A stretch of 64,000 bases of DNA from Octopus vulgaris (GCA_951406725.2 OX597831.1:1240001-1304000); one strand, 5' to 3'; shown: positions 49,375 to 63,460, counted from the stretch's first letter. Made by a program: numbers and translations. The notes: generated from the sequence alone by a model not told the origin.

Positions 49375-50822
49375 GACACACACGCACACAAAGGTGTATG
49401 TATGCATACACATGCACATACATACATTAAAAGGTAAGGAAGGTGTGTGAGAAAGAAGGAGAGAGAAGGAGAAAGAGAGGTGGGTGTGGAATGATTTAGT
49501 ATAATGTCAATGCTGACAATGTTAGGTGGTAAATTATTGGAATAGCATTATCTAAGGAAGAATTGGTAAATTGAAATAATTCAATTTCTACTCGAAAAAC
49601 TAAAGGACTAAGTAAAAGCTATAATAAGAGGAAATAACCTCAGATAATGGCTTATGGCTGCAAATCTCAAAAGTCCATCTTCTCTTCAGTTCTATCTGCA
49701 ATATATACATTGGCAACATCTGAAAGATGACTGGCTGACATTTCGATGATAATAATAACCCTGTGATGCAGATGAGAGATTCGTCAAATCAGTAGAACCG
49801 AAAGAGATAATAGACAATTATAGTGGCCAGATTTGGCTGAAAGATTATGCTTAGCAAAACTGTATCAATGAGCAGATGAAAAAGGGTCAGTCAGCAGACC
49901 ATGCTCTGATGATACGAGCAGAGAAGAGCAGAGTTTTCCTCCACTCCCTCGCCCACTGTCAACCCACAATAGTTCAATAGTTGATGGTGTTTCTGTTATT
50001 GCTGTTGTTGGTTCTACTGTTGCTGACCTTCTCCTCCCTTACTCCGTTCCCCATCACCACCACCCCTGCTACTACTGCAACATCTTGCAATATAAAGCCT
50101 GAAGGGACAAAAGAAGATGAGAGCTGTTAATCATGTCTGTATCACACACATACGCACAAGCTGGTCACAAATCAATGGTGCACTATACAAAGGCAGCTAC
50201 AATGGCCGTTATATTAATGAATAGCGAGATTTCAACAACTAAAAAGACATGAACAATAAGGTTAGCTCTCACATCTTTTTGACTGGATTCAGTCATCATA
50301 AAATATAAATAAACATTTTCTTCGACGAATGGATTTATGTGAATGTGTATGGGTAAGTATGAGAGGGTGAGTGGGAATTTCCATTTCTTTAAAACTGATT
50401 CAATATATTTTTTCTCTCATTTCTTTTTGCATTTGATGTTGGAACCTTAGTGAAGTGGAATAAATATTTCTGTGAACATTTAGAAGAGAATTCCAACAGC
50501 CACACACCAGCCATCAAATGAAGCCAGCATAAAAAGGTATCTTACCCAAGGTGTCTTACCACAAAACTTATGAAGTAATACTCTTGTGATAAGCAGCCCA
50601 GCATGGAGGCCTCATTGGTTAGTGCTGATGTAACAAGAAAGTTTTATAGGTTTTATATGAGATTAGAGGGCATGAATGACTGGACAGGGATGTCAGGACT
50701 ATCAAACAAAGCTGTCACTGGTTCATATTTTAACATCATCACAGCAATGTATTTATAGACAAAGCATTTGATTTTTAATTGTCTAATAAAATATCTTAAT
50801 GCATAGACAGTTGGATGATAAC

Positions 50823-50856
<34 letters not shown>

Positions 50857-50863
50857 TGATGAT

Positions 50864-52260
50864 GGTTTCAAATTTTGGTACAGGTGAGGGGTAAGTCGGT
50901 TACGACAACCCCATTTTCAACTGGTACTTATTTTATCGACCCCAAAGAGATGAAAAGCAAAGCCAGCCTTGGCAGAATTTGAATTCCAAACATGAAGATG
51001 GACAGAATGCTGCTAAGCATTTTACCCGACATGCTAACAATTCTGCTAGCTCACCACATTAAATAACAACAGTAACTCTTTTTACTATAGGGACAAGGCC
51101 TGAAATTTGAGGGGAGGAGACTAGTCAATTACATCACCCCAAGTACAAGACCAGTAATTATTTTATTGACCTTTAAAGGATGAAAGGCAAAGTTGGTCCC
51201 TGTGGATTTTGGACTCAGAATGTAAAGCCAGAAGAAATGTTGATATGCATTTTGTGAGGCTGTTAATGATTCTACCAGTCCTACAACAGCAACAGCAACA
51301 AATAGGAAGAATTTGGAGCGTGCAAACAGTAAAGGTCGTGCCCATAATAATTGGTGTGTTGGGAACAGTAAGCCAGAATATAGACAAATGGCTGAAAGAG
51401 ATTGAAATAGAATGCCCAGTAGAGCTCCTACAGAAAGTTTGTCTCTTAGTGACAATAAGGATTATCAGGAAGGTTCTAAGCACTTGAAAGACTACTGAAA
51501 ATGTGTGGATACCTAAGGTTACAAGTAGTAACCTGCTACCCACATAAATCCTACCAGGAATCAGACCAAACCTGAGCTTTGTTCCTCTAATAATAATATT
51601 TTCTAATTAAGGCACAAGGCTTGCAAACTTGGTGGAAAAGGTTAATTGATTACAATGACCCCAGTTTGAACTCAGAACAGATAGAATTGGCTTAAATGTC
51701 ACTAAGAATTACTTCCAAAGCTCATATGATTCTGCCAATCCACTGCTCTCTAAAATTACAGACCCTGCGCCTAAATTAGAAACAATCAGGGGACAATGGA
51801 TATGACTCCAGTGCTTAACTGATACTTTATTTTAATCCTCCATTCTACCCAAGGATGAAAGGATGGAAGTTTACCTCAGCAGGATTTGAACTCAGAATGT
51901 AAAGAGCTAGAAAAAATATCACAAGGGATTTTGCTAATCCACTAACCCAATAATAATAGTTTCTGTATAGACACAAAACCTGAAATTTAGGGGAGGGATT
52001 GGTCAACTAAATTAATCCTAGTATTTCACAGGTACTTTATTTTACTAACCCCAGAAGGATGAAAGGCAAAACTGACCAAAGCTTGATTTGAACTCAATTT
52101 ATTGAGGGCTTGTGCATCTGGTCATTTAAACCAATGCAGTACTTTATGGCATATTGTATTATCAACCTTAGAAGGATAAAAGATGCGATTTGAACTCAGA
52201 ATTTAAATAGCCATAATAAATACCTAAAAGTGTTTTGTCAAATGTCCCGATTCTGCCGTA
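50864..52260 (-). mobile_element. Cluster of ~6 same-orientation SINE family A copies
   Basis: Repeated GGATGAAAGGCAAA..TTTGAACTCAG-like motifs at ~50950, 51180, 51665, 51855, 52060 and 52175. Confidence 0.75.
51300..51598 (+). mobile_element. R4/Dong-like LINE 3' fragment (end of the restriction-like endonuclease domain)
   Basis: IGRIWSVQTVKVVPIIIGVLGTV...LLQKVCLLVTIRIIRKVL*, then a short 3' UTR and (TAA)n. Confidence 0.8.
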
Positions 52261-55200
52261 AACAGCAGTGGTGGTGGTGGTGGTGGTATGATGATAATGA
52301 CAATGATGTTCTTAATAATCATATTTTTAAACACAACTAAAAATATAGAAAAAAAATTGGAAAGTCACTTCTCTTCTATTTTGATTTTCTTTCTCATTTC
52401 CCATTTGTCTGAGTAAAATTTGTTTTCATTTTAGATATGTGAATATATTCTTCTAACAATCTGAGCTCATTAGTAAATTAAGTTGCTTTTTTACATTGCT
52501 TTTTTTTTTTTTTTTGGTCATTTGATGGTTGTTTAGGTAAACCCCAAATCATATAAGAATTACCAAATGATTCTTTACACAGAATGGCTGTCTGCTGCTG
52601 CCTCTGTCTTTACACTAGCAGCACTTAGTTTTGAATCAACTGTTTCTTTTACTTTGTCACCCCTGTTAACACCACTACTTGACCCTTGGGGCCAGAGTCC
52701 TTTAGTATGACATACCCAATAAGTGTCATCTACCAAACCCTATCAGTGACATAAGACAAAACCTGTAAAGCTCCTTTGGTTGGACTGTGTCTGTTCTTAA
52801 GTGGTAGACTTAATTCATCACCAAGTCTAACACTACGGCCTGACCTGACCTGACCTGGTCTTTGGGTACCTTTAGAGTTAGAGTGCCTTTAGTGGAGTTC
52901 ATATAGTTGAAGATATATGAACCAGATCCCCAAAAGTCATGGGTTGAAGATATACGAACCAGATCCCCAAAAGCCATGACTTTTAGGTCCCTTCCCACCC
53001 CCATCAATCTTGGTGACCCTGCATAATCAAAAGCACTGTCCTCCCTTCTTTGACTAAGTCATGCAAAATTTTTTTTAAAAACACTAACCATGAAATGCTG
53101 GTAATTATTTCAGAAACATGATTGTAGTAATGTGGGGCTACTAATTAGTAGGGATATTGGTGATAATAATGATGATGGTAATAGTGGTGGTATTAACTAC
53201 AGTGATGTTGTTGAGATTTAACCCTAAGTCAACCCTGTTCAAGTTGGCCTATGATCAAAGTATTTTCTTTTCAAATTTATGATTACATGGTCCACTTCTT
53301 TTCTAATTTGGTAGGTTGTGATTTGAGAGAATTTGGTTGCTATTTCTAGCAATGTTAAGCAACTCTGTAAAAGTTAGTTCCCTCTGTAATGGTGATGATG
53401 GTAGTGGTGAAGATAATTTGTAATAATGGGGGTGGATTAATGATAGTCACTGATGATGATGATGGTGGTGGTGGTTGGTTGTACTGATAACAGTAGTGGT
53501 GGTATTGGTACTGATGATAGTGGTTGTGATTGCAGTTGTGGTAGGAGTAGTTATGATAGTTTGAATAAAGAATATTGATGATATGGATGTTGATAGTGAT
53601 GGTGATGCTGATGAGGATAGCTGCTGTTATTATTATTGTAATAATAATGATAAACTTGCTGAGAAAGAAAATTATAATGATGTGGTGATTGTGGTATTGT
53701 TGTTGATCATCATCATCATCATTGTTATGATGATGATGATGATTATGACTCAGTTTTTCCTCAAGACCACACCTCATAAGTGCTAAGACAGCTATTACAG
53801 AGTCAGCCATTTAATAATTCCGGTTACCAAGCGACCCTTTCTCTCACCTGAACTCACTAGCATGAATCATCATATACACACCTGTTGAATGTGATCAATA
53901 AACTTTAAAGAGGGGCCCAACCAGCTATAGAACACAAAGTCATCTCCCCATCCTTAGCAACTGATTGAAGAATTTTCTTGGCAACAACTCACAATAGAGA
54001 TAAAAAAAGAAGTGAAATAAATAAGTCAAAACAAGCTTTCGGCTATGAAAATCTCAGCTCAATATGGCACCAGCAAACTTACTCATAATAATACCTCAAT
54101 CACCATGATTCTATAACTTATTTTAATCCATAAGGTAAACTGTAAAATCTATAAAATCTGGTGGTAGTCTGTGTCAGCAAAAGTTAATCCATAAAAGTTC
54201 ATATATATATATATATATAAATAAATTAGAGTGAGATAATTTGCTATAAGGAATGAAAAACTCCAGTGTTTCAGATACTTTCTTATTCTTCTTTGGAGAG
54301 TAAAACAAAAATTAAAGAGACTAACACCAAGGTTGCTAAGAAGCAATCCTATTGATGCAGTCACTCAAGTTAATCATGAATAACTGCAACATTAATAACT
54401 ATACTATTATTTTTAAAAATCTACCGGGAGCATACAGGTCCATTAAGCTGGAGTTTATCTAAGTTTCTGTGGCATTTAAATAATTGAGAATTGAAGACAC
54501 CCCACTAACAGGACACCAGTCTGTGACAGAGTTAACCTCTGGATTGCTGCTAATCTAATCTTAACTTAGAAATGAAGAAAGACATAGTGGTAGGTATAAA
54601 AAAATAAACTATTTGGGGATAGAAATATTGTGGAAAAATGTGAGGCATTCTTTCATTAGAAGCAGTAGACTTGCTTACTGTTAAATTATCCATGCACATA
54701 TAAGTCTGCGGTCTGCACTACGTCTCTTAGTTTCTTTTATACATGTGTCTTATGCAAAATCTGTGATGAGCCCGAGTGACGCTGATGACCTGGAGTCGCC
54801 CAAGCAAGGTAGAGAACCTCTATACCAGTGTTTCCCAAACAGGGGTAATAACATTTCTTAAAGAGCATTATACAAATGATAGGGAAGAGAGCAATAAAAA
54901 TACCAAAACCATTACACCTGTAATGCATACTATAAGTGTGATGCAGTACTGAGTTGAGAGGTGTTTATGATTTTAAAAGACAAAAAGACATTTCATTAAA
55001 AATGGTTGAGAGCCACATGGTTATTCAGTCTACAAGAAATAGTGGCAAAATCTCCCTCAATTCATACTCTACTGTCTTCGAAGGAGAAGGATACATTGAA
55101 TAATGTTGTCCTAGTTTCATATGGATTGTAAAATGTAAAAGGTGATGGCCATGACTTGAAAGCGTTTTTCATTATAGATTTGTTTGATCAGAGCTGATAT

Positions 55201-55410
55201 AGATTAAGAAACACTAAGACATACACAGAGAGAGAAGCATAAATGAATGTAATAGGTTGATCCTCTTTCATGATGAAAGTTCTTGAAAGCAAATATATAG
55301 GAAGTTAAGAGAAATTCCAATGACCGGAAATTTAGTTTAAATGCCTGTCAATTCAAACTGTCAGATTCAGTTCCTTGATAAAGAAATGGCTGCAAATACA
55401 TATATTATAT

Positions 55411-55448
<38 letters not shown>

Positions 55449-56149
55449 ACTCACAGAGTAACATTAGTTATTCTGTGAAAAATACACATTGTGGATAAAC
55501 CAGGTTTTAGTCTCTGTAGTCAGGAAAAAAAAATCGATCTCCACCTCACCTAGTTTTAGAATTTATTAACACTTCGTCAGGGATTGGTTGCACTTTTTCT
55601 AACCACAGAGGGAATATCAGTTCATAGATATTTATAACATGCAAATTCAGAATTAAATTGGTCTGTCTCATTTCCATGACACTGCTACTATTGGCAACAG
55701 AAATTCATTGATTAATGGTTTCTAATTTAGATACAAGACCTGCAATTTTCATGATTGGGTGGGATTACCCTAATATTTGTTTTATTGAACCTGAAGGAAG
55801 GATGAAAGGCAAAACTGACTTCAGTAGGATTTGAACTTAGAACATTGAGAGCTGGGACAAATATTCTTTTATTCTTTTACTTGCCTCAGTCATTTGGCTG
55901 CGGCTATGTTGAAAAGCACCACCTTAAAAGTGGACTCCATCAGCTTGCCACTCTGAACCCATTAATTAATAGAAGTTCTACACAACAATAAAATAAGTAG
56001 ACATATTTTCTTAAAGTCTGTTCTTACAGATGTTGTTTATGTAGGGATTTGGAATGGGGTTCAGGTGGTCAAGTGTCAAAAATTTTATCAGAATTGTGGA
56101 GGACTTAAACATCTAATTAAATCTACATAATAATAATAATAATAATAAT

Positions 56150-56362
56150 CCTTTCTGCTATAGGCACAAAGCCTGAAATTTTGGGGGAAGGGGACAAGTC
56201 AATTACATCGACCCCAGTGTTTCATTGGTACTTAATTTATAATTCCAAAAGGATGAAAGGCAAAGTCTACCTCAGCGGAATTAGAACTCAGAAGGCAGAG
56301 ACAGGTGTAATACTGCTAAGCATTTCATCTATCATACTAACAATCCTGCCAGCTCACCACCA
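56150..56362 (-). mobile_element. SINE family A with (AAT)n tail
   Basis: Full match to the family, flanked by AAT repeats. Confidence 0.85.
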
Positions 56363-56372
56363 GATGATGATA

Positions 56373-56409
<37 letters not shown>

Positions 56410-58333
56410 GAGCACTCAGATGTCCTCTCGACGATTAGCCGCAGATGATTTTTTAAATGAGAATATCTGAAATAAACTCGACTGCTCTCACAAACAAGAA
56501 TGCTAAAAATGAACCCAACCACTCTCAAAAATTAAGTAAAAAACGGAAAAATAATCCAGAATCCTTGTCCAGTACCTGATTGATCCCAATGGTATATATA
56601 TATATACACACACACGTGATACACAGCTGCATGCATACAAAGTTACATAAATGTGCATACATGCATATGTAGCTATATGCTATATGGACATGTATATACA
56701 AATGTACACTCATACATTTCTCCAACACACACACACACACACACACGTACTCTCTCTCTCTCTCATATTCACTCACTTTTATAAATAAAATATACATTTT
56801 CGTTTAAAGGTTAGTCAGGAGACGAAAAAAAAAAGAGAAGGGGCAGAGCCATGTTCTTACCATAGGTCAACATTCACTGACAGACAGGGATAATTGAGTG
56901 AGGTGGATATCAGGTTACTATGCCCCCAACATTTACATATTCACTTAGGAAGGGACATAACTGAGTGAAGTTAATGTATATGCTTAAATCGTTACTTGAA
57001 AGAACAGAGACAGGGTCCACAATCATTTTGAAGCCTGCCAATTATTAATTCAATAAAGCTGAAGAAGGAAATGTCTAGTTTGAATTGTTGAAAGTTCATG
57101 GTACCCACACATGCATGAGCATATATATATAAAGATAGATAGATAGATACATACATACATACACATATACATACATACACACATTGCATACAAATAAATC
57201 TATACGTACATTGTCTTATATGCGAATATTCAAATGTATGTTTGTATGTATGTATGTACGTATGTATAGATACACACAAGCACAGACCTACATACATTTT
57301 TGTTTGCACATGCACATATATAAACTAAATATGTCTACATCTGGACAGATATATTATACTTACACATTTTACTCACACACACACACACACACATAAACTA
57401 AGATTAAACACACTAAGATTAAATGGAGAAGATAAGTTAATCTTAAGCCTATGAAGTTCATATAGAAATAATCCATTGCTGATCCATCAATATTGAGAAT
57501 GACAAAAATAAATTTAATAAATTAATAATTTCATAAATGTATTTAATGGATCAGTAATTTGTGATCTGAAGTGCATGATGTTATTGCTATTGTTGTTGTT
57601 GCTGAGCTGCCCTTCTAAACTCTTCTCAGATAACTCCAAGCTATGAAGGTCATTAATCATTTCTTTAAGATTAACAGTGTAGTGTGTCACATCAACTACC
57701 ACAAAGTTGAAGTCAGGAGCCATCATACTTCGTGTAGTGGGCAAAGAAATTTCAATTAGTTAATATTGCACCTGTTAAAACTCATTGAGTAAATGATTGA
57801 CGCTGGTAAAGAAAAGCAGGGGAGACGACTCACAAAATTTTAATTAAAAATAGAATGTGGACATGTAGTGGAGAGCGAGTCTGTTCTGGTAATTGTGGTG
57901 ACCACTTCTGAAATGACTTGCATGTGTTGACATGCTGTTTAGCCAAGGATCAGACCCAAGATCAATCTAAGATAATCCAACCATGATCATCACATCTTTT
58001 GTTTTTAGATATAATATATCAAGAACAATATCAGCCAATGTGTTCTTGATAAGAGGGAGACTTGGTTGCTATTTCTAGTTGGTCGTGCAACTACACAAAA
58101 GTCCTTCAATAGCTTGACCATTCAGTGTTGAGTGTATGTGGAGGAGCAACACAAGAATGATATAATGTTTATAATATAACAACATGGACTTGTTCAGGCA
58201 AAATGAGATGTTGAATGGCTGTCTTTTCATGTGTGAAACGTAGCAAAATATGCTGCATAGAATACAGTGTGGTATTCATATAATAAGTGGATGTACCTAT
58301 GTATATATGTGTGCGTGTGCATGCACATGTGTT

Positions 58334-58390
<57 letters not shown>

Positions 58391-58395
58391 GTATG

Positions 58396-58452
<57 letters not shown>

Positions 58453-58870
58453 GCCAGAACTTCAAAGTTATTGTCATCCTGCTTCTCATAAAAGTTTAAT
58501 AAACATGTACTCTACAATAAAGCAGAGTAATTATTCAGCTTAATGTTAAATTGTTTTTATTATAACTTGACATAAAAACAAGCAACAATATATATTGCAT
58601 GTATGCTGGCAGAATCATTACTGTGCCGAAAAAATGTTAACCGGCATTTCTTCCAACTCTAGGTTCTGAGTTCAAATTTGGGCTGACAAGATAAGTACCA
58701 GTTGAGTACTGGGGGTAGGGTAATTGGCTTCTCCAAAAATTGCTGGCCTTGTGTCAAAATTTGAAAGCAGTATATATTACATATGTGTGTGTGTGTGCAT
58801 GTAGAGGTAGAGAGAGAGTGAGCTATCCTAGGAATTCACAATAACAGATTTATATTTGTGGGTATTATTA

Positions 58871-59511
58871 CAGCCTCGTCTGGCACCTGTGTCGGTGGCA
58901 CATAAAAACACCATCCGAGCGTGGTCGTCTGCTAGCCTTGTCTGGCACCTGTGTCGGTGGCACATAAAAAAACACCATCCGAGCGTGGTCGTCTGCTAGC
59001 CTTGTCTGGCACCTGTGTCGGTGGCACATAAAAACACCATCCGAGCGTGGCCGTTCGCCAGCCTCGTCTGGCACCTGTGTCGGTGGCACATAAAAACACC
59101 ATCCGAGCGTGGTCGTCTGCCAGCCTTGTCTGGCACCTGTGTCGGTGGCACATAAAAACACCATCCGAGCGTGGCCGTTCGCCAGCCTCGTCTGGCACCT
59201 GTGTCGGTGGCACATAAAAAACACCATCCGAGCGTGGTCGTCTGCCAGCCTTGTCTGGCACCTGTGTCGGTGGCACATAAAAACACCATCCGAGCGTGGC
59301 CGTTCGCCAGCCTCGTCTGGCACCTGTGTCGGTGGCACATAAAATCACCCACTACACTCTCGGAGTGGTTGGCGTTAGGAAGGGCATCCAGCTGTAGAAA
59401 CACTGCCAGATCTGACTGGCCTGGTGCAGCCTTCGGGCTCCCCAGACACCAGTTGAACCGTCCAACCCATGCTAGCATGGAGAGCGGACGTTAAATGATG
59501 ATGATGATGAT
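58871..59511 (+). mobile_element. RTE 3'-end copy with 8 tandem ~62-bp modules
   Basis: TCTGGCACCTGTGTCGGTGGCACATA at ~58879, 58941, 59005, 59067, 59129, 59191, 59254 and 59316, then the standard RTE tail and (GAT)n. Confidence 0.92.
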
Positions 59512-59603
59512 GAGAGATAGAGCAATACAAAAGTATAGTTACTTCGAAAGAGATTCTTTTTTCAATACATTGTGCATTATCATTCTGTCAATCCTCATCT
59601 TAA

Positions 59604-59768
59604 CCCTTTCGTTACCAAACCGCCCGAAGCCGCCCGAAAAAAATTTTGGTTCATGTGACCAAGCCGCCCAAACCCGCCCGTATTTACCTATTCATATTTA
59701 AATGAGAATATCAGAGCAAATCTCTTTAGTACCAAGGTATTTTGGTCAGAAATATAGTAACGAAAGGG
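59604..59768. mobile_element. piggyBac-like MITE related to 122-341, opposite orientation
   Basis: TTAA at 59600-59603 and 59769-59772. TIRs CCCTTTCGTTACCA and CCCTTTCGTTACTA. Confidence 0.85.
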
Positions 59769-60444
59769 TTAATTACTTCATCCATTACCAAATCGTGTTT
59801 TTCATCATAATTTCATTCACATCTAGGATACTTTATAAGGATCGACCCAAGTACTTGATTGGTACTTTATTTTACTGACCACAGATTGATGAAACCTAAA
59901 GTTCATGTTGGCAGGATTTGAACCCAAAACATAATGGAGCATAACTAAACAGTGTAGATATTTTTTTTTCCGACACTCTACCGATTCTGCCAATGCACTG
60001 TTAATCTCTCTATCTGTTTGTTTGTCTCTGTTTAACAGTCTATCTATCTGTCTGTCTGTCTGTCTATGTCAATATATCATTCAACCAACCTTTGCATCTG
60101 TCTGTCAATGTATTTAGTAATCCCTCTTACTATTTATTTATCAATCACAGGCAAGCTAAAACATTAAGACAAACCAACTGTGCTGTGTAAGTTCTATAAA
60201 TAATCTGATAAGAGTTGCATTCACAGTCAACCAAGTGGAAATAAAAAACCAGTAGGGAGTAAGGAAAAACATACCTTTTGAAAATGTTGTCACTGAGATT
60301 TGATAATTCCTTTCAATGTCTTATTTATTGTTTAAAGTTTTGAATGTCACAGCTGATCAACAAAAGAACTTCTCTTTAGTTTGTAGTATATGGGTTAAGT
60401 GAATAAAGTATAAGGATCCAATAAGAGCTCAAAGCATATATGTA

Positions 60445-60477
<33 letters not shown>

Positions 60478-60699
60478 TCACAAACTGACAATCCAGCAGT
60501 GGCAATCAACATTGATGCTACTAAATATTATCTGGGTTCTTTGTAGCCCACATGGTAGCAGGCTTTTTCTTTTTAACCTTTGTCATCCAGGCAACCATCA
60601 GCTAAACCAGAGACAGCTGCAAACACTCAAACCACATAGAAATTATTTCATTTCACTACTTGTTGGTGATTTGTTCTTCACTTCCCCCTTTGATCTTTC

Positions 60700-61075
60700 A
60701 CTCACACACCTCAACCATCCATATCCATGAACAAGCTTTTGTGGCTTCCTTCCACAGTTTAGTAATCACTCCTCTGCTGTCCTTCCTGTGTTCAATGCCA
60801 GCCAAGTAGAAAAATGTGGATCTGGTTACAAACCCATAAAATCCTACCACCTCTGGAAGTATCATATATTGCTACATACAATACCATAAAATCCTCGAAA
60901 TGTAGAAAGGATCATCCTCTTGAGTGCCAACTCCATATTGCATTCCCAAAGTATCAGTAACTCAACAATCAGTGACTTTTTGTGAAGTCAACCAAGTTAT
61001 AGGGTTGGGGTATTCATTATTGCAATATGCTTTGGATTTCTTTCAAATCTACATGCCAGAAGTCTGGATTGCAGT
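60700..61075 (-). mobile_element. Decayed RLE-type LINE (NeSL/HERO-like) endonuclease fragment
   Basis: Minus-strand remnants IVEL..WE.N.E.A, PEVVG..GFV..S and EATKACSWIW resemble ELTVPWE / PVEVG.RGF / AE.AS.WLW. Confidence 0.6.
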
Positions 61076-61899
61076 TTCCTTTGCCATACACACATACACA
61101 CAAATGAGCACGAGTGCAAAACAAGATAGTAAAAATAGTACTCAAATACCAAAGTAGAGTAATATGCTTTTATTAAAACTCCAAAATTATTACTCAGTTT
61201 TCATCACACAGGAATGTGAAACTCAGAGTAACAGTTTTGTGATAATTTGAAGCTTTGGGGAGGAAGGGAGAGAGAAAGAGAGGAGGGGGAGAGAGAGAGA
61301 GATGTCATAAAATCAGTGTTCCATCCTCTGATCAATGTTGAAAAAAAAATCAGAAGCTATTGCATGGTACATAATCATTCAAACAAACATGGCAAAGTGA
61401 TGAAAACGCTTAACTTGCAAGAAATTTTTTTTTAAATCACAGAACAATCAACTGTTGCAATCTACTGGGTCTCTTCTCCTGCATGTACATTGTGCCTTAA
61501 GCAATAATAGATTTCACAGCTAAGCTGATCTATCTTCTAGAGACAACACAACCAAGTTGTTGAAAATCATGCCACGCTTTATATATCACATGTACCCACT
61601 ATAGTAGTTGTTGTTCTTGGTCTCTGGTGAGCCTTGTCAAACACACCTAAGTTTAATGACAAAACTATTAGGGATAATGTGTAGCTTTTCCACATCATTA
61701 ACTACATACATAGAAAACATAGTGAAAGAAACAATATGACACACAAAAATACTTAGAGTAATCATTGGTGCCATATTTAGTGAATGGAAAGAAACAACAA
61801 CTGCAGAGTACAAACAATACATTAAATCCAATATAGATTATGCCAATTCTACCTGAGTCTCCAATATCCCCACAACAATGTAAAAAAAAAAATACAGAT

Positions 61900-62470
61900 C
61901 AATACCCTGATGCTCTGTACAGGAAACACCAACATACCATTTGCTCTATGAAATAAAAGTACTAAAAATGAAAGACCAGCTGAACATGTGAGGAGTTTGC
62001 TCCTTCAGTCATTGTTTCTACATGAAAAACTATCACCAAATACTCAGATACATATATTCCACCCCAGAGCACCATGTGACAGCATCCTAAAAATGCTAAC
62101 TCTTCCGAGCAGCCCAGATAAACATATAAAAAAAGCTACATGCAAAGTTGCAATATCAATGGTTTCCATGATTGCAAATACTTTGTTGAGATGCAGCACA
62201 GCACCATCAATAAAGTACACCACAGCAGTAACTATCTCACTCTAATTGAGTTCACCTTGCTTGCCTCAGCTTTGACAAACATCAGAATCAACAAGTGTAC
62301 AGAAATAGATTGGATCGAGGTGAGAGTGTAAATATGTCCAGATTGTGGTATTGCAACTCTATGATTCATCAATGCAAGTCAGAGTGTGCATTATGGTCCT
62401 CAGTTAAATGGGGGTGTGGTATAGCTGGAAATATCAATCTGTGAGTCCTGCCTTGCCATTTGGTTTGCAT
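61900..62470 (+). mobile_element. Highly decayed LINE C-terminal fragment (jockey/I group)
   Basis: Remnants CTG..T....YEIKVLKMKDQLNM and a terminal CPDCG zinc-knuckle-like motif. Confidence 0.45.
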
Positions 62471-62584
62471 GCCATAAGGTTGCTCAATCAATTTGACTGG
62501 GGTTTCACAACAACCTATCTTCAGAGTCAGCATTCCCTGCCACTTTCTCAATATCACTCTATATACTTCCAACACTCAGATTTT

Positions 62585-62920
62585 CACTCACTCACTCTCT
62601 CTCTCTCACTCCTCCTGTCTCTCACTCCCTCTCTCCCTCTCTCTCTCTCACTCCTTCTCTCTCTCAATCCCCGTCTCTCACTCTCTCTCAATCCCCGTCT
62701 CTCACTCTCTCTCTCTCTCTCACTCCCCCTGTCACTCACTCCCTCTCTCTCTCAATCCCCGTCTTTCACTCTCTCTCACTCCCCCTGTCTCTCACTCCCT
62801 CTCTCTCTCAATCCCCGTCTCTCACTCTCTCTCTCTCTCAATCCCCGTCTCTCACTCTCTCTCTCTCTCAATCCCCGCCTCTCACTCTCTCTCTCTCTCT
62901 CTCTCTCACTCTCTCTCTAC
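62585..62920. repeat. (CT)n-based minisatellite with CAATCCCCGTCTCTCACT units
   Basis: Read directly. Confidence 0.9.
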
Positions 62921-63416
62921 CTACTTCCAACACTCACATTATGACTCTCTCTTTCAATACACTATCTATCTACTTAACACACACTCATATTCTCTCTCTC
63001 TCTTTCTCTCTTTCTGTCCTCCTCTCTTTCTCCAGCTACGTCTTACACTCACATTTTTCACTCTTTCAAAATCACTCTCCAACAGCTTCTTACACACATA
63101 CACATTCTCCTGCTCACTCTCTCTCTACTACTTCCATCACTCACATTCTCCTCAACCCATTCCCACCATACACACACACACACACATACACACACATATA
63201 TATATATACACACACACATACATGTGAGTATAGATACATAAACACATGCATGCCCCACACAACAGATCAGATAACTTTTCTTCACCAATGCTCACTCATC
63301 TGCAGGTGGTTAATGTTCTGGTTGAATCACAAGCAACAAATAGAAAGACAGCCAACAAAAAGCCAGTTACAAAGAGTGGAATTTCAATAATGAAGTTGTG
63401 CCATATTGAGAGAGGG

Positions 63417-63460
<44 letters not shown>

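Noticed and set aside
54782-54820. CTGATGA motif (also at ~15033 and ~49906)
   Set aside because: No correctly placed stem II plus GAAA. The 7-mer alone is expected by chance.
57514-57770. 76-aa minus-strand ORF after a TTTTAACAG acceptor
   Set aside because: There are stops in all frames just after the acceptor, no recognisable domain and no clear donor.
58871-59345. CRISPR-like repeat/spacer look
   Set aside because: The linkers are two alternating variants, not unique spacers. The unit is the RTE 3' UTR module, the context is eukaryotic and there are no cas genes.
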